A stretch of 64,000 bases of DNA from contig JANYLK010000030.1 in NCBI GenBank assembly GCA_025357875.1, positions 1,066-65,065 of the forward strand. Reading direction: 5' to 3'. Positions 26,503 to 35,411 of this stretch are shown here, piece by piece; positions within the stretch are counted from its first letter, which is position 1; the number at the start of each line of letters is the position of its first letter. Both the position numbers and the translations under genes were made by a program. The stretch comes from Granulicella sp. Its GTDB lineage: Bacteria; Acidobacteriota; Terriglobia; Terriglobales; Acidobacteriaceae. Under the pieces are notes generated by a model. The model searched no databases, was not told the DNA's origin, and saw only the letters and a list, made by a program, of their open reading frames with translations.

Positions 26503-27807
26503 TTAGGGCTTGATAACAATCTTCATCGATCCGGCTTGCGGATGTGATGCCAGATTGATTGCTGCCGCTGCATCCTCAAGCGAGAACCTGTGCGAGATAA
26601 GCCGCGTTAGTTCGAAGCTCCCGTCCCTGTAACCATCGAACACGAGTCGCGCAACCTCATCATTGATCGCAGCCGACGCGGAGTATGACCCCATAAGTGT
26701 CTTCTCATCCATGCATACGGCGGCAGGATCGAATGGCGCCTCGCCATGCTGCGTTGACGCAAACAGCATCACTCGCCCGCCCGGCCGAATCGCACCCATC
26801 GCAGTCGCAATCAGCGCATCCGCGCCCACTGCTACGAGCGCGACGTCGGCGCCTCGTCCCTCCGTCACAGCCTTGGCCGCGGCTACAACGTCACCACTCC
26901 CGTCCAGTGGATGGTTCAACCCAAACGTCGTGGCAATTGCGTGTCGCTCCGGATATAGATCGCTGGTCAGCACCGTTGCGCCCGTCCTCCGTGCAAGCGC
27001 CGCTAGCAATATCCCAATTGGCCCTTGTCCAATCACCAGTATCGTCTCGTCCGGTTGAAGCTTAAGCAGCCGCACAGCCTTGAAGCAGGTATTCACCGGC
27101 TCGATAAACGCAGCTTGTTCGAATGGTATGTCGTCGGGAATCTTGATCAGGCCCGCCGTCTTCCCCTCCCTGCCAACAATCCAATCCATCACGCGGATGT
27201 ACTCGGCGAAGCCTCCGCCGGCCGGCGCAAAGCCTGCGGTACAACCTACCTTTTTGTAAGTCTCGCACTGCGCAAAGGTCTGCTTGCGGCAGTAGTAGCA
27301 CCGGCCGCAGGGGATGTGATGATAGGCCATCACGCGGTCACCGATCGCAAAGTCCTGAACGCCGTCGCCGACCATCGCAATCGTCCCAGCCATCTCGTGC
27401 CCGAAGATGCGCGGAGCAGAGTGCGAACCTGAATGAATCTTCTTCAAATCCGTCCCGCAGATCCCACAGGTATCAATGCGCACCAACACTTCGCCCACGC
27501 CAATCGCCCCATCGGCGTTGAGTGGCATTGGCACCGTCTCCACACGCACATCGTTGATCCCGCGATAAACTGCGGCGCGCATGGTTGCCGGAATCGTCGG
27601 CAAGGTGACTACTGGCTTCGCGCCGATTCGCGCAGTCCCGATCGGAGTGGCACTGATGGCATTTGCGTCGATATTCGCGGCACTGATTTCCGCACCGCTG
27701 ATGCGTCCTGTGCATATCGAGGGAGCACTGATTGACGCGGTGCGAATCTGCTGTCCTGTGCTCGATGCTGCATGCAACGCTTCGGGACCGCTTGAATCGT
27801 TCGACAT
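26503..27807 (-). CDS. Zn-dependent medium-chain alcohol/polyol dehydrogenase
   Basis: CGICGTD, GHE, structural Zn site CxxCxxCx7C (CGRCYYCRKQTFAQC), IEP and GQGPIG. It has a 70-aa N-terminal extension and starts 7 nt after the hpnG stop. Confidence 0.9.
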   Translation of the reverse strand: MSNDSSGPEALHAASSTGQQIRTASISAPSICTGRISGAEISAANIDANAISATPIGTARIGAKPVVTLPTIPATMRAAVYRGINDVRVETVPMPLNADGAIGVGEVLVRIDTCGICGTDLKKIHSGSHSAPRIFGHEMAGTIAMVGDGVQDFAIGDRVMAYHHIPCGRCYYCRKQTFAQCETYKKVGCTAGFAPAGGGFAEYIRVMDWIVGREGKTAGLIKIPDDIPFEQAAFIEPVNTCFKAVRLLKLQPDETILVIGQGPIGILLAALARRTGATVLTSDLYPERHAIATTFGLNHPLDGSGDVVAAAKAVTEGRGADVALVAVGADALIATAMGAIRPGGRVMLFASTQHGEAPFDPAAVCMDEKTLMGSYSASAAINDEVARLVFDGYRDGSFELTRLISHRFSLEDAAAAINLASHPQAGSMKIVIKP

Positions 27808-27814
27808 TCTTCTC

Positions 27815-28495
27815 TCAGTCTCTATTTCTGTACCAGTCTAGCTCGACTTGAAGTGCCTTTGTCAGCGCGGCCAGGGCTTTCCCGCTATTCCGTCCTAGCG
27901 CGATAACCTTGCCCCACATCATGGGTCGCAATGCCACATGCAGAGCGAACGCACCCTCCTGGAACTGACCTTCCGAGGTCGCAAATTTGGAAAGCCCATC
28001 TAGTTCGAAGTCCGCAGCATCTGACACAGCCTTGATCGCCCGGAAGTGAAGGCCGTGCATGCGTGCCAGACGTGCAACAACCGCCGCTTCCATATCAACC
28101 GCATCCGCGTTATACAAGCTGCGGAGCCGAGTTTTTTCGCTCACGCTGGCAACCGCATCCGCAGTCACCAAGATCTGCTTGAACTGTGGATCATCGAATC
28201 TTTCGCCAGTGGTGCTGTTGATGACATTACCCGCACGAACGATCTCCGCCACACCGAGCGCCGGATTGCATGCACCCGCAAGGCCTGCGGAGATTAGCGC
28301 TGTCACCGGCATCGCGGCCATTGCAGCTTCAACGGCGAGCGTCGCACGCTTTGCTCCCATTCCGGCGCAAGCGACGACCCCATAGCCGTTGGTGTAGACC
28401 ACGACTCGGCCGGGAAGCTGCCGCTTCTCCCAGCCCTTCACCAGCGCAGCTACCTCACGAGGAAGCGCCGTGATGATCGCCGGACATTCCTTCAC
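27815..28495 (-). CDS. hpnG: Hopanoid-associated nucleoside phosphorylase (HpnG-like)
   Basis: PNP/MTAN-family motifs (ITALPREV, CAGMG, ISAGLAGA, AVDMEAA, IKAVSD). The GTG start at 28495 overlaps the hpnA TGA. The gene sits in the shc/hpnH operon. Confidence 0.8.
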   Translation of the reverse strand: MKECPAIITALPREVAALVKGWEKRQLPGRVVVYTNGYGVVACAGMGAKRATLAVEAAMAAMPVTALISAGLAGACNPALGVAEIVRAGNVINSTTGERFDDPQFKQILVTADAVASVSEKTRLRSLYNADAVDMEAAVVARLARMHGLHFRAIKAVSDAADFELDGLSKFATSEGQFQEGAFALHVALRPMMWGKVIALGRNSGKALAALTKALQVELDWYRNRD

Positions 28496-29502
28496 AGAGG
28501 CTTTCGTTTTAGCGGCGGCGCATACCCATTTGCGAGGAACCACTCGATGGCGGCACGCATCGCGTTGTAGACGGGCAGCACACGGAAGCCGAGGTCGCGC
28601 TCTGCCTTCCCAGACGACGCGAACATGCATTTACGTCCCATACGGACAGCCTCAACTGTCGCACGCGGTTCTTTCCCACGCAGCTTGCCTGTGATCGTTT
28701 CATCGAAGAACGCGAAGGCCATCGCTAGCGCATGCGGCACCTTGATCCTCGGCGATGGCAGTCCAGTAATCGCAGACATGCGATCGAGAATTTGCTTGAG
28801 CGTTAGATTCTCGCCCCCAAGAATGTAACGCTCGCCTGGCGTTCCGCTTTCCAGTGCAACCAAGTGCATGCGCGCAACTTCCGACACATCCACAAGGTTT
28901 AGGCCGGTATCGACGTACGCAGGGAATTTGCGATTGAGAAAGTCCACAGTTATCCGGCCTGTCGGAGTTGGCTTCGCATCGCCGGCGCCAATCGGCGTTG
29001 TGGGATTGAGAATCATTACATGCTGGCCTGCTTGCGCAGCCTCGATCGCCACCTGTTCGGCCATAAACTTCGAGCGTTTGTACGGCCCGATCATGTCGGC
29101 AAGCGAGACCGCCGTACTTTCATCCACGATGGTGCCGTCGGTCTTGAATCCCATGGTAGCGACGCTGGACGTGTAGACAACTTTGGCGACGCCCTCCTCT
29201 CGCGCAATTCGCAAAAGCTCGCGCGTGCCATCTACGTTAGCCGAGTACATCTCCTTCGGATCGCGCACCCAAAGCCGATAGTCCGCAGCCACATGCACCA
29301 AAGCATCACATCCGCGCAGTGCCGTGCGCGACGATTCCGGGTTACGCAGGTCCCCGACAACGACTTCAGCCGCCAGCCCTTCAATTGCCGCCAGTTTGCT
29401 TGTCGATCGAGCGAGCAGGCGCAGTTCCGCTCCCTCTGAGGCATATGCGTGCGCCACATGATTTCCGACAAATCCCGTCGATCCAGTAAGAAAAACTTTC
29501 AT
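28492..29502 (-). CDS. hpnA: Hopanoid-associated NAD-dependent epimerase/dehydratase (HpnA)
   Basis: Extended SDR motifs TGSTGFVG, HVAADYRLW, YKRSK, NPTTPIG and PAYVDTGLNLVDV, in hopanoid operon context. Confidence 0.9.
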   Translation of the reverse strand: MKVFLTGSTGFVGNHVAHAYASEGAELRLLARSTSKLAAIEGLAAEVVVGDLRNPESSRTALRGCDALVHVAADYRLWVRDPKEMYSANVDGTRELLRIAREEGVAKVVYTSSVATMGFKTDGTIVDESTAVSLADMIGPYKRSKFMAEQVAIEAAQAGQHVMILNPTTPIGAGDAKPTPTGRITVDFLNRKFPAYVDTGLNLVDVSEVARMHLVALESGTPGERYILGGENLTLKQILDRMSAITGLPSPRIKVPHALAMAFAFFDETITGKLRGKEPRATVEAVRMGRKCMFASSGKAERDLGFRVLPVYNAMRAAIEWFLANGYAPPLKRKPL

Positions 29503-29601
29503 AATGGGCGCTCGCCTACGCAGACAACGGCAGGGCCCGGATGCACATCGGTAGGTATACTCGTCGGCAATCCATCATCGTGCGGAGCGCCGGGCACGCC
29601 C

Positions 29602-30048
29602 TTAGTCCAGCTTCTCCGGCTCGATCTGGATATTTTTCTCGCCGGCTGCCTTCTTCTCCCAGTATTTCTTCACCCATGCGTCGAATGTCTTCCCAGCCGC
29701 CGTGTCACGCCCTGTAAACGCAAGCGCCGCAATATCGGAGTAGGCGATGTTTAATCTGCCGCCCTGGTTCGATGGCATGATTCGTACAACCGAATCTGCT
29801 AGTGTCGAGCCGGTCCGCCGGTCATAAAGATACCCCTGTATCTGGGTTCCATCCTTGCGCGTGACTGTGATGTCTCCGCGATAATCGAACGCTTTTTCGA
29901 GTGCGTCGCATACTTCAGCATCACTGGCAAGCGTAGGCACCCAACCCTCAAGCTGTTCGCGCTCACGCCCCGCAGCAACTTCAATCTCGTCGGGACTCTC
30001 ATGCGATAGCTGATCCAGCTTTGCTGCTTCCTGAATTTGGGTCGACAT
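29602..30048 (-). CDS. Uncharacterised 148-aa protein inside the hopanoid operon
   Basis: ATG at 30048, 2 nt after the hpnH stop, with GGAG upstream. The frame looks globular and beta-rich. Confidence 0.8.
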   Translation of the reverse strand: MSTQIQEAAKLDQLSHESPDEIEVAAGREREQLEGWVPTLASDAEVCDALEKAFDYRGDITVTRKDGTQIQGYLYDRRTGSTLADSVVRIMPSNQGGRLNIAYSDIAALAFTGRDTAAGKTFDAWVKKYWEKKAAGEKNIQIEPEKLD

Positions 30049-30050
30049 AA

Positions 30051-31190
30051 TTAGTCTCCTGAGATTTCTTGCAGCGCTGGACTCGCGGCGTTCGCCGTTG
30101 GTTCCGCAATCTGAACCAGCGGTGCCGTGTGGGCTGGCTTCCATTCGTTCAAGAGCTTCATCGCACCATCATCGGCATAGGTGTCGAAGAAGATCGCCTT
30201 CGCGGTCTGCAGCAGCCCTTTGATCGAGCCAAAGGTGTAATTGACTCCGCTCGCCTCGTAACCCGAATGCACCATGCAGTTCGCGCACTTCGGATTGCCG
30301 GATTCAGTGCCGTAATTCTGCCACTCGACCGTCTCCATGAGTTCCTGAAAGGTATCGGCGTAGCCATCCTGCAGCAGGTAGCAAGGCTTCTGCCATCCAA
30401 AGATTGAGAACGTCGGCATCCCCCACGGCGTGCACGTCAGGTGCTTTTTGCCCATCAGAAATTCCATAAACATAGGAGAAGCATTGAAGCGCCAGGTCTT
30501 CTTGCGATTGGAAAGAATGGAACGGAAGAGTTTCTTCGATCGCGCGCGTCCGAGAAAATGCTTCTGATCCGGCGCCTTGTCATACGTATATCCCGGCGAC
30601 ACCATCATGCTCTCGACGCCAACCTCCATCAGTTCGTCGAAGTGCGCGCGAACGCTATTCGGGTCGGCTCCGTCGAAGAGTGTGGTGTTGGTCGTGACGC
30701 GAAAACCCGCGGCGACCGCGGCTCGTACGCCCTCCATCGCAATGTCGTATCCACCCTCGCGGCACACAGAGAAGTCGTGATGCTCGCGCTGTCCATCCAC
30801 ATGCACCGAGAAGGAGAGATACTTGCTCGGCGTAAACAGGTGCAGCTTCTCTTTCAACAAAAGAGCGTTGGTGCACATGTAAACGTACTTCTTCCGCGCC
30901 ACCAGGCCAGCAACAATCTCCGGCATCTGCGGATGCAACAGGGGCTCGCCGCCCGGAATCGCGACCATCGGCGTGCCACATTCCTCAGCAGCCCTGAAGC
31001 ACTCTTCCGGCGTCAACTCAGCCTTCAGGATGTGGGCCGGATATTGGATCTTGCCGCATCCGGCGCACGCCAGGTTGCAGCGAAACAGCGGCTCCAGCAT
31101 CAGCACCAGGGGATACTTTTTGCGTCCCTTGAGCTTCTGCTTCAGCACGTAACTTGCGACGGTCCACGCTTGCGAGACAGGTACTGCCAT
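30051..31190 (-). CDS. hpnH: Adenosyl-hopene transferase HpnH (radical SAM)
   Basis: PLVLMLEPLFRCNLACAGCGK (CxxxCxxC), GGEPLLHP and a C-terminal KCANCMVHSGYE typical of HpnH. Start at ATG 31190. Confidence 0.93.
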   Translation of the reverse strand: MAVPVSQAWTVASYVLKQKLKGRKKYPLVLMLEPLFRCNLACAGCGKIQYPAHILKAELTPEECFRAAEECGTPMVAIPGGEPLLHPQMPEIVAGLVARKKYVYMCTNALLLKEKLHLFTPSKYLSFSVHVDGQREHHDFSVCREGGYDIAMEGVRAAVAAGFRVTTNTTLFDGADPNSVRAHFDELMEVGVESMMVSPGYTYDKAPDQKHFLGRARSKKLFRSILSNRKKTWRFNASPMFMEFLMGKKHLTCTPWGMPTFSIFGWQKPCYLLQDGYADTFQELMETVEWQNYGTESGNPKCANCMVHSGYEASGVNYTFGSIKGLLQTAKAIFFDTYADDGAMKLLNEWKPAHTAPLVQIAEPTANAASPALQEISGD

Positions 31191-31275
31191 TGAGGTTTCT
31201 CCTTTTCGACTGATGCTGCTTGCCACTGCACAACACACCCGCCAGCAACATATCTATCAGCACCCAACAAAATTC

Positions 31276-33306
31276 CTACGCTGCTGCAGCTTCCCGCTCC
31301 ATCATGCGCTTGTAGGTCGTCAAAGCAAGCAGTGGGAAATAATCGCGATACAGGTGATACGCCAGATAGAACACACGGGGAAAGCCTGTCCCGGTGTAGA
31401 TAGCTTCGCCGTTACGTTCTTCGGCAGACTCGTCCCATGTTCCCAGCGGCGACTGCTTCGAGATCAGCCACCGAATACCCTTTGCCACTGAGTCCGAACG
31501 AGTGTCTCCCGCAGCGAGTAGGCCGAGCACTGCCCACGCGGTCTGTGAAGGCGTACTCGGCCCAATCCCTCGCTGCAAAGGATCGTCGTAGCTTCCACAG
31601 GTCTCGCCCCATCCGCCGTCCGCATTCTGCACCATGCGAATCCACTCCGCCGCATTCACAATCGCTGGCTCGTGGCTCCAGACGCCCATGGCCTCCAGTC
31701 CGCGCAGTACCAGGAAAGTCCCGTACAAGTAGTTGACACCCCAGCGTCCGAACCAACTTCCATCGGGTTCCTGCTCGTCGAGCACGAATTGGATCGCCTT
31801 CTCCACTCGCTTGTCGCGTCGCGTGAAGCCGTAGTTCGCCAGCATCTCCAGAATGCGCCCGGTAATATCGACGGTCGGCGGATCAAGCATCGCATTGTGA
31901 TCGGCGAATGGAATGTACTGGAAGATCATCTTCGTGTTGTCGCGGTCGAAGCTCGCCCATCCGCCATTCCTGCACTGCATTGCGAAGATCCAGTCCAGCG
32001 CTCGTTGCGAGACCTCGTGCTGATAACGCTCCTGCGGATTACGCACCTGATTTAACGCCAGCAACACTTGCGCGGAGTCGTCCACGTCAGGATAAAACTC
32101 GTTATTGAATTCGAATGCCCATCCACCCGGAGTAACATTTTTCACGCTCACAGCCCAATCACCCTTATGCCGAACTTCCTTAGACAACAGCCAGTCTACG
32201 GCCTTCAACAGTCGCGGATCGTCTTTGGGAACTCCGGCCTCGCCCAGCGCGTAGACGGCCTGCGCCGTGTCCCATACCGGAGACATGCAAGGCTGCATTC
32301 GGAAGGTCGGCGTCGGGTATTTCAACTCGCCGTCGGGATTATCAATGCCGAGTTTCTCGAACTCGTCCATTGCGCGAATGAATTGCGGATCGTCCGGCGT
32401 ATACCCCAGACAGGCAAGCGCAACAATCGCATTCAGCATGGCAGGATAGATCGCGCCTAGCCCATCGGACATCTCGAAACGTTCGAGCAACCACTGCTCC
32501 GCCTTCTCCAGCGCGATCTTGCGCAGAGGCCGAATGTGAATGCGTTCAAACCAGTGCGTAATCCGATCAACCCCGAGAAAGAAATTCCGCCAGCTAATCG
32601 GATGCTTGCGGTCCCACCGCAAGTGAAGGTCTGCATTTTCGCGTCCACCCACGAAAAGTTCGTCGATTCCCTGTTCTGGGGTCAATTTCTTGAATGGCTT
32701 CTTCGCGTAGATGATCGAGAGAGGGACAAGAATCGCGCGCGACCACGCTGAGATTTCGTAAATATTGAAGTAGAACCAGTTCGGAAACAGGACGATCTCT
32801 GGCGGAACAGCAGGCACCGCGTCGTAGTCGTACTGGCCCAGCGCGCAGAGGTAGATCTTGCTGAAGGTGTTGCACTCCGTGACGCCGCCGTTCGCGAGGA
32901 TCCAGGTCCGCGCTTTGACGAGTACCGAATGCTCCGCCGACCAGCCCATCAGCTTCAACGCGAAATACGCCTTCACGCCGAGAGAGATATTTGACGGCCC
33001 GCCGGGGTAGATACTCCACCCACCATCCTCATTCTGGTGGCGCAAAATTTCGTTGACCGCGCGTTCCATTTTACCGCGGTCACCCGTGCCTAGCAGCGTA
33101 TGCATGAAGATGTAGTCCGACTCAAGCATCGAGTCAGCTTCCAGCTCACCGCACCAGTAACCGTCGGGATGTTGCAGCCCCAGCAGCCAATCCGTTGCGT
33201 GCGCGATGCCCAACGCTACCTCGCTCAGGCCAACGTCCATACGGCCATAGCGCGGCTGCACGGGCTTTGCGGGCGCCGCCTTCGGATTTCGTGGAAATGT
33301 ACTCAT
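31276..33306 (-). CDS. shc: Squalene-hopene cyclase
   Basis: DxDD motif (YPDVDDSA) and multiple QW motifs (QHPDGYW, QNEDGGW, QCRNGGW, QEPDGSW, QNADGGW). Confidence 0.97.
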   Translation of the reverse strand: MSTFPRNPKAAPAKPVQPRYGRMDVGLSEVALGIAHATDWLLGLQHPDGYWCGELEADSMLESDYIFMHTLLGTGDRGKMERAVNEILRHQNEDGGWSIYPGGPSNISLGVKAYFALKLMGWSAEHSVLVKARTWILANGGVTECNTFSKIYLCALGQYDYDAVPAVPPEIVLFPNWFYFNIYEISAWSRAILVPLSIIYAKKPFKKLTPEQGIDELFVGGRENADLHLRWDRKHPISWRNFFLGVDRITHWFERIHIRPLRKIALEKAEQWLLERFEMSDGLGAIYPAMLNAIVALACLGYTPDDPQFIRAMDEFEKLGIDNPDGELKYPTPTFRMQPCMSPVWDTAQAVYALGEAGVPKDDPRLLKAVDWLLSKEVRHKGDWAVSVKNVTPGGWAFEFNNEFYPDVDDSAQVLLALNQVRNPQERYQHEVSQRALDWIFAMQCRNGGWASFDRDNTKMIFQYIPFADHNAMLDPPTVDITGRILEMLANYGFTRRDKRVEKAIQFVLDEQEPDGSWFGRWGVNYLYGTFLVLRGLEAMGVWSHEPAIVNAAEWIRMVQNADGGWGETCGSYDDPLQRGIGPSTPSQTAWAVLGLLAAGDTRSDSVAKGIRWLISKQSPLGTWDESAEERNGEAIYTGTGFPRVFYLAYHLYRDYFPLLALTTYKRMMEREAAAA

Positions 33307-33417
33307 CTATTTCAAACTCTCTGGTAAATCTCCAGGCCAGATCGAACTCTTCCCTGGCAGACCGGTAATTGCAACTCGCAAGCTTCTGTCCAGCACCGGC
33401 TCGCGTAACGTTGCGCT

Positions 33418-34431
33418 CTAATGCTGAATCGGCGGCGCTGATGCAATTGCCTGAACGATCTCTGGAGGAAGCCCGAAGCGAACATTCTCCGGCATCACTT
33501 CCACTTCGTCGACCGACCCATACCCCATGTCCTGCAAATAATTCACCACATCCTGAACCAGCACCTCAGGAGCAGAGGCTCCCGCTGTAACCGCGACCGT
33601 GTTAACCCCCTCAAGCCACTCCGGCTGGATCGATTCCGCGGAGTCAATCAGGTACGAATTTGTGTCCAGATTTTTCGACACTTCAACCAGCCGATTCGAG
33701 TTCGAACTGTTCTTCGAACCAACCACCAGCACGAGGTCGGCGCCATGCGCCACATTCTTCACTGCAACCTGGCGATTCTCTGTCGCATAGCAGATGTCCT
33801 GCGCGGCCGGCCCGGCGATGTTCGGGAACTTTCGCTTCAGGGCGTTGATCATGATCCCCGCCTCGTCCAGCGAGAGCGTCGTCTGGGTCAGATACGCGAC
33901 CTTGTTCGGGTCGGGAACCACCAACGCATCGACCTCTCTAACCGTGGAAACCACCTGGGTCACGGTCGGCGCCTCACCCTGCGTGCCCTCAACTTCTTCA
34001 TGATCGCGATGGCCAACCAACACCAGCGAATAGCCCTGCTTGGAGAATTTGATCGCCTCCAGATGCACCTTCGTCACCAAGGGGCAGGTCGCATCAATCA
34101 CCTTCAGATTGCGCTCCTTGGCACGCTCCCGTACTGCCGGCGACACACCGTGAGCCGAGTAAATCACTCGAGCGCCTTCTGGAACTTCGTCTAACTCATT
34201 GACGAAGATGGCACCCTTCTTCGCTAGGTCGGTCACAACATAGCTGTTATGAACGATTTCCTTGCGTACATAGATCGGGGCGCCAAACGTCTCGAGCGCA
34301 ATCCGCACAATATCGATGGCGCGCACAACTCCCGCGCAGAAGCCCCGAGGCTTCAAAAGCAGAACCCTTTTCGTGGAGTTCGCGGTGTCTTTTTGAGCAA
34401 GGCTAGGAGAGCCTGTAGCAATAGTATTCAC
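33418..34431 (-). CDS. ispH: 4-hydroxy-3-methylbut-2-enyl diphosphate reductase
   Basis: PRGFCAGV, SAHGVS, DATCPLVTKVH, ICYATENRQ and GSKNSSNS. The start is uncertain (GTG 34431 chosen). Confidence 0.95.
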   Translation of the reverse strand: MNTIATGSPSLAQKDTANSTKRVLLLKPRGFCAGVVRAIDIVRIALETFGAPIYVRKEIVHNSYVVTDLAKKGAIFVNELDEVPEGARVIYSAHGVSPAVRERAKERNLKVIDATCPLVTKVHLEAIKFSKQGYSLVLVGHRDHEEVEGTQGEAPTVTQVVSTVREVDALVVPDPNKVAYLTQTTLSLDEAGIMINALKRKFPNIAGPAAQDICYATENRQVAVKNVAHGADLVLVVGSKNSSNSNRLVEVSKNLDTNSYLIDSAESIQPEWLEGVNTVAVTAGASAPEVLVQDVVNYLQDMGYGSVDEVEVMPENVRFGLPPEIVQAIASAPPIQH

Positions 34432-34606
34432 AGGTTTAGTATACCGTGTCCGGGCTTCCGGCGACACCTCTCAGGTACCCGCCAAGGTGCCGTCAGACGC
34501 AATCTTTACCACTCTAAATTTCAGGCATTCCGGGAGCCCGAGTCGAGTCGGCAGACCAATCACGCCGACGGGATTCAAACCCGAATTCCGCCAGCGTGTC
34601 AGTCAA

Positions 34607-34765
34607 TTATGCCTTTGCCTTCTCGTCGCAGCCTGGGTGTCCGCAGTGGCAGGTCAGGGTTGTCATGTTCTTCGCATCCTCGCAATGTGTGGAACAAAAC
34701 TTCTTACCTGCGGGGGCGATACAAGAACAAGCCATTTGAGCGCATTTAGTCGGTGTGTTTGTCAT
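34607..34765 (-). CDS. Metallothionein-like Cys/His-rich small protein (52 aa)
   Basis: Strong GGGAGG RBS. The sequence MTNTPTKCAQMACSCIAPAGKKFCSTHCEDAKNMTTLTCHCGHPGCDEKAKA has 8 Cys and 3 His, with FCSxxC and CGHPGC as in SmtA/BmtA-type proteins. Confidence 0.75.
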   Translation of the reverse strand: MTNTPTKCAQMACSCIAPAGKKFCSTHCEDAKNMTTLTCHCGHPGCDEKAKA

Positions 34766-34906
34766 TCGTTCCTCCCAAAGTGAGAGCAAATACGTGCAGC
34801 CTAAGCGACAACATCATATACCTGAGGTCGATCACCCGGCATCCCTTATCTAGAAAATGTCTCCAGGGCTGCACTCCCTACATACATCACCACTTTCGCT
34901 CCATAT

Positions 34907-35323
34907 CTACTGGCAGGTGAGCGTCCCACTCCCACCCACGAAACCCATTCCTGTGCCGGGTCCCACCACCGCCGGGGCGGGCGTGTTCGGATCGGTCGGA
35001 TGCACCGCAATCACTACCACTGTGCCCTTGAATCCAACGCAGTGGGCAAGTCCGCTATTGTCGATCGTCACTTCCGTGGGCACCGGTATCGTCGTAAACC
35101 CGCTGAAAGACCAGTTGACTGCAAGCGGAGCCAGCATAGTTGGAGGGGCCGAAAAAGTTCCCGTCGCTACGAACTGCACTCCTGCCACCGATCCATTGTC
35201 CTGAACCGCCGCAGGGCTTACAGTAACTCCGGTAAGCGTGCGATTGAAGGGACCTGCGCAGCCGCAACAAAATGCCAGACCGCAAACAAAGCTGACCTTG
35301 AACCACGAAACGTTACTCGGCAT
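34907..35323 (-). CDS. Putative lipoprotein with a single Ig-like domain
   Basis: Hydrophobic N-terminus ending in a lipobox-like CCGC, then LTGVTVSPA..VQFVATGTFS. GGAGGA RBS upstream. Confidence 0.65.
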   Translation of the reverse strand: MPSNVSWFKVSFVCGLAFCCGCAGPFNRTLTGVTVSPAAVQDNGSVAGVQFVATGTFSAPPTMLAPLAVNWSFSGFTTIPVPTEVTIDNSGLAHCVGFKGTVVVIAVHPTDPNTPAPAVVGPGTGMGFVGGSGTLTCQ

Positions 35324-35411
35324 AGATCCTCCGTCGAACAGATCAGCCTATGCTTCCCGATAGCGACAAAGCAAATCAATTCGAAAATCAGAGTCGGCCG
35401 TGCTCCCTGCA

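Noticed and set aside
34540-34600. tRNA-like fragments (gggattcaaaccc...ccgcca; gggtttgaatccc on the minus strand)
   Set aside because: No matching acceptor, D or anticodon arms. More likely the hairpin gtcggc..gccgac downstream of the metallothionein gene.
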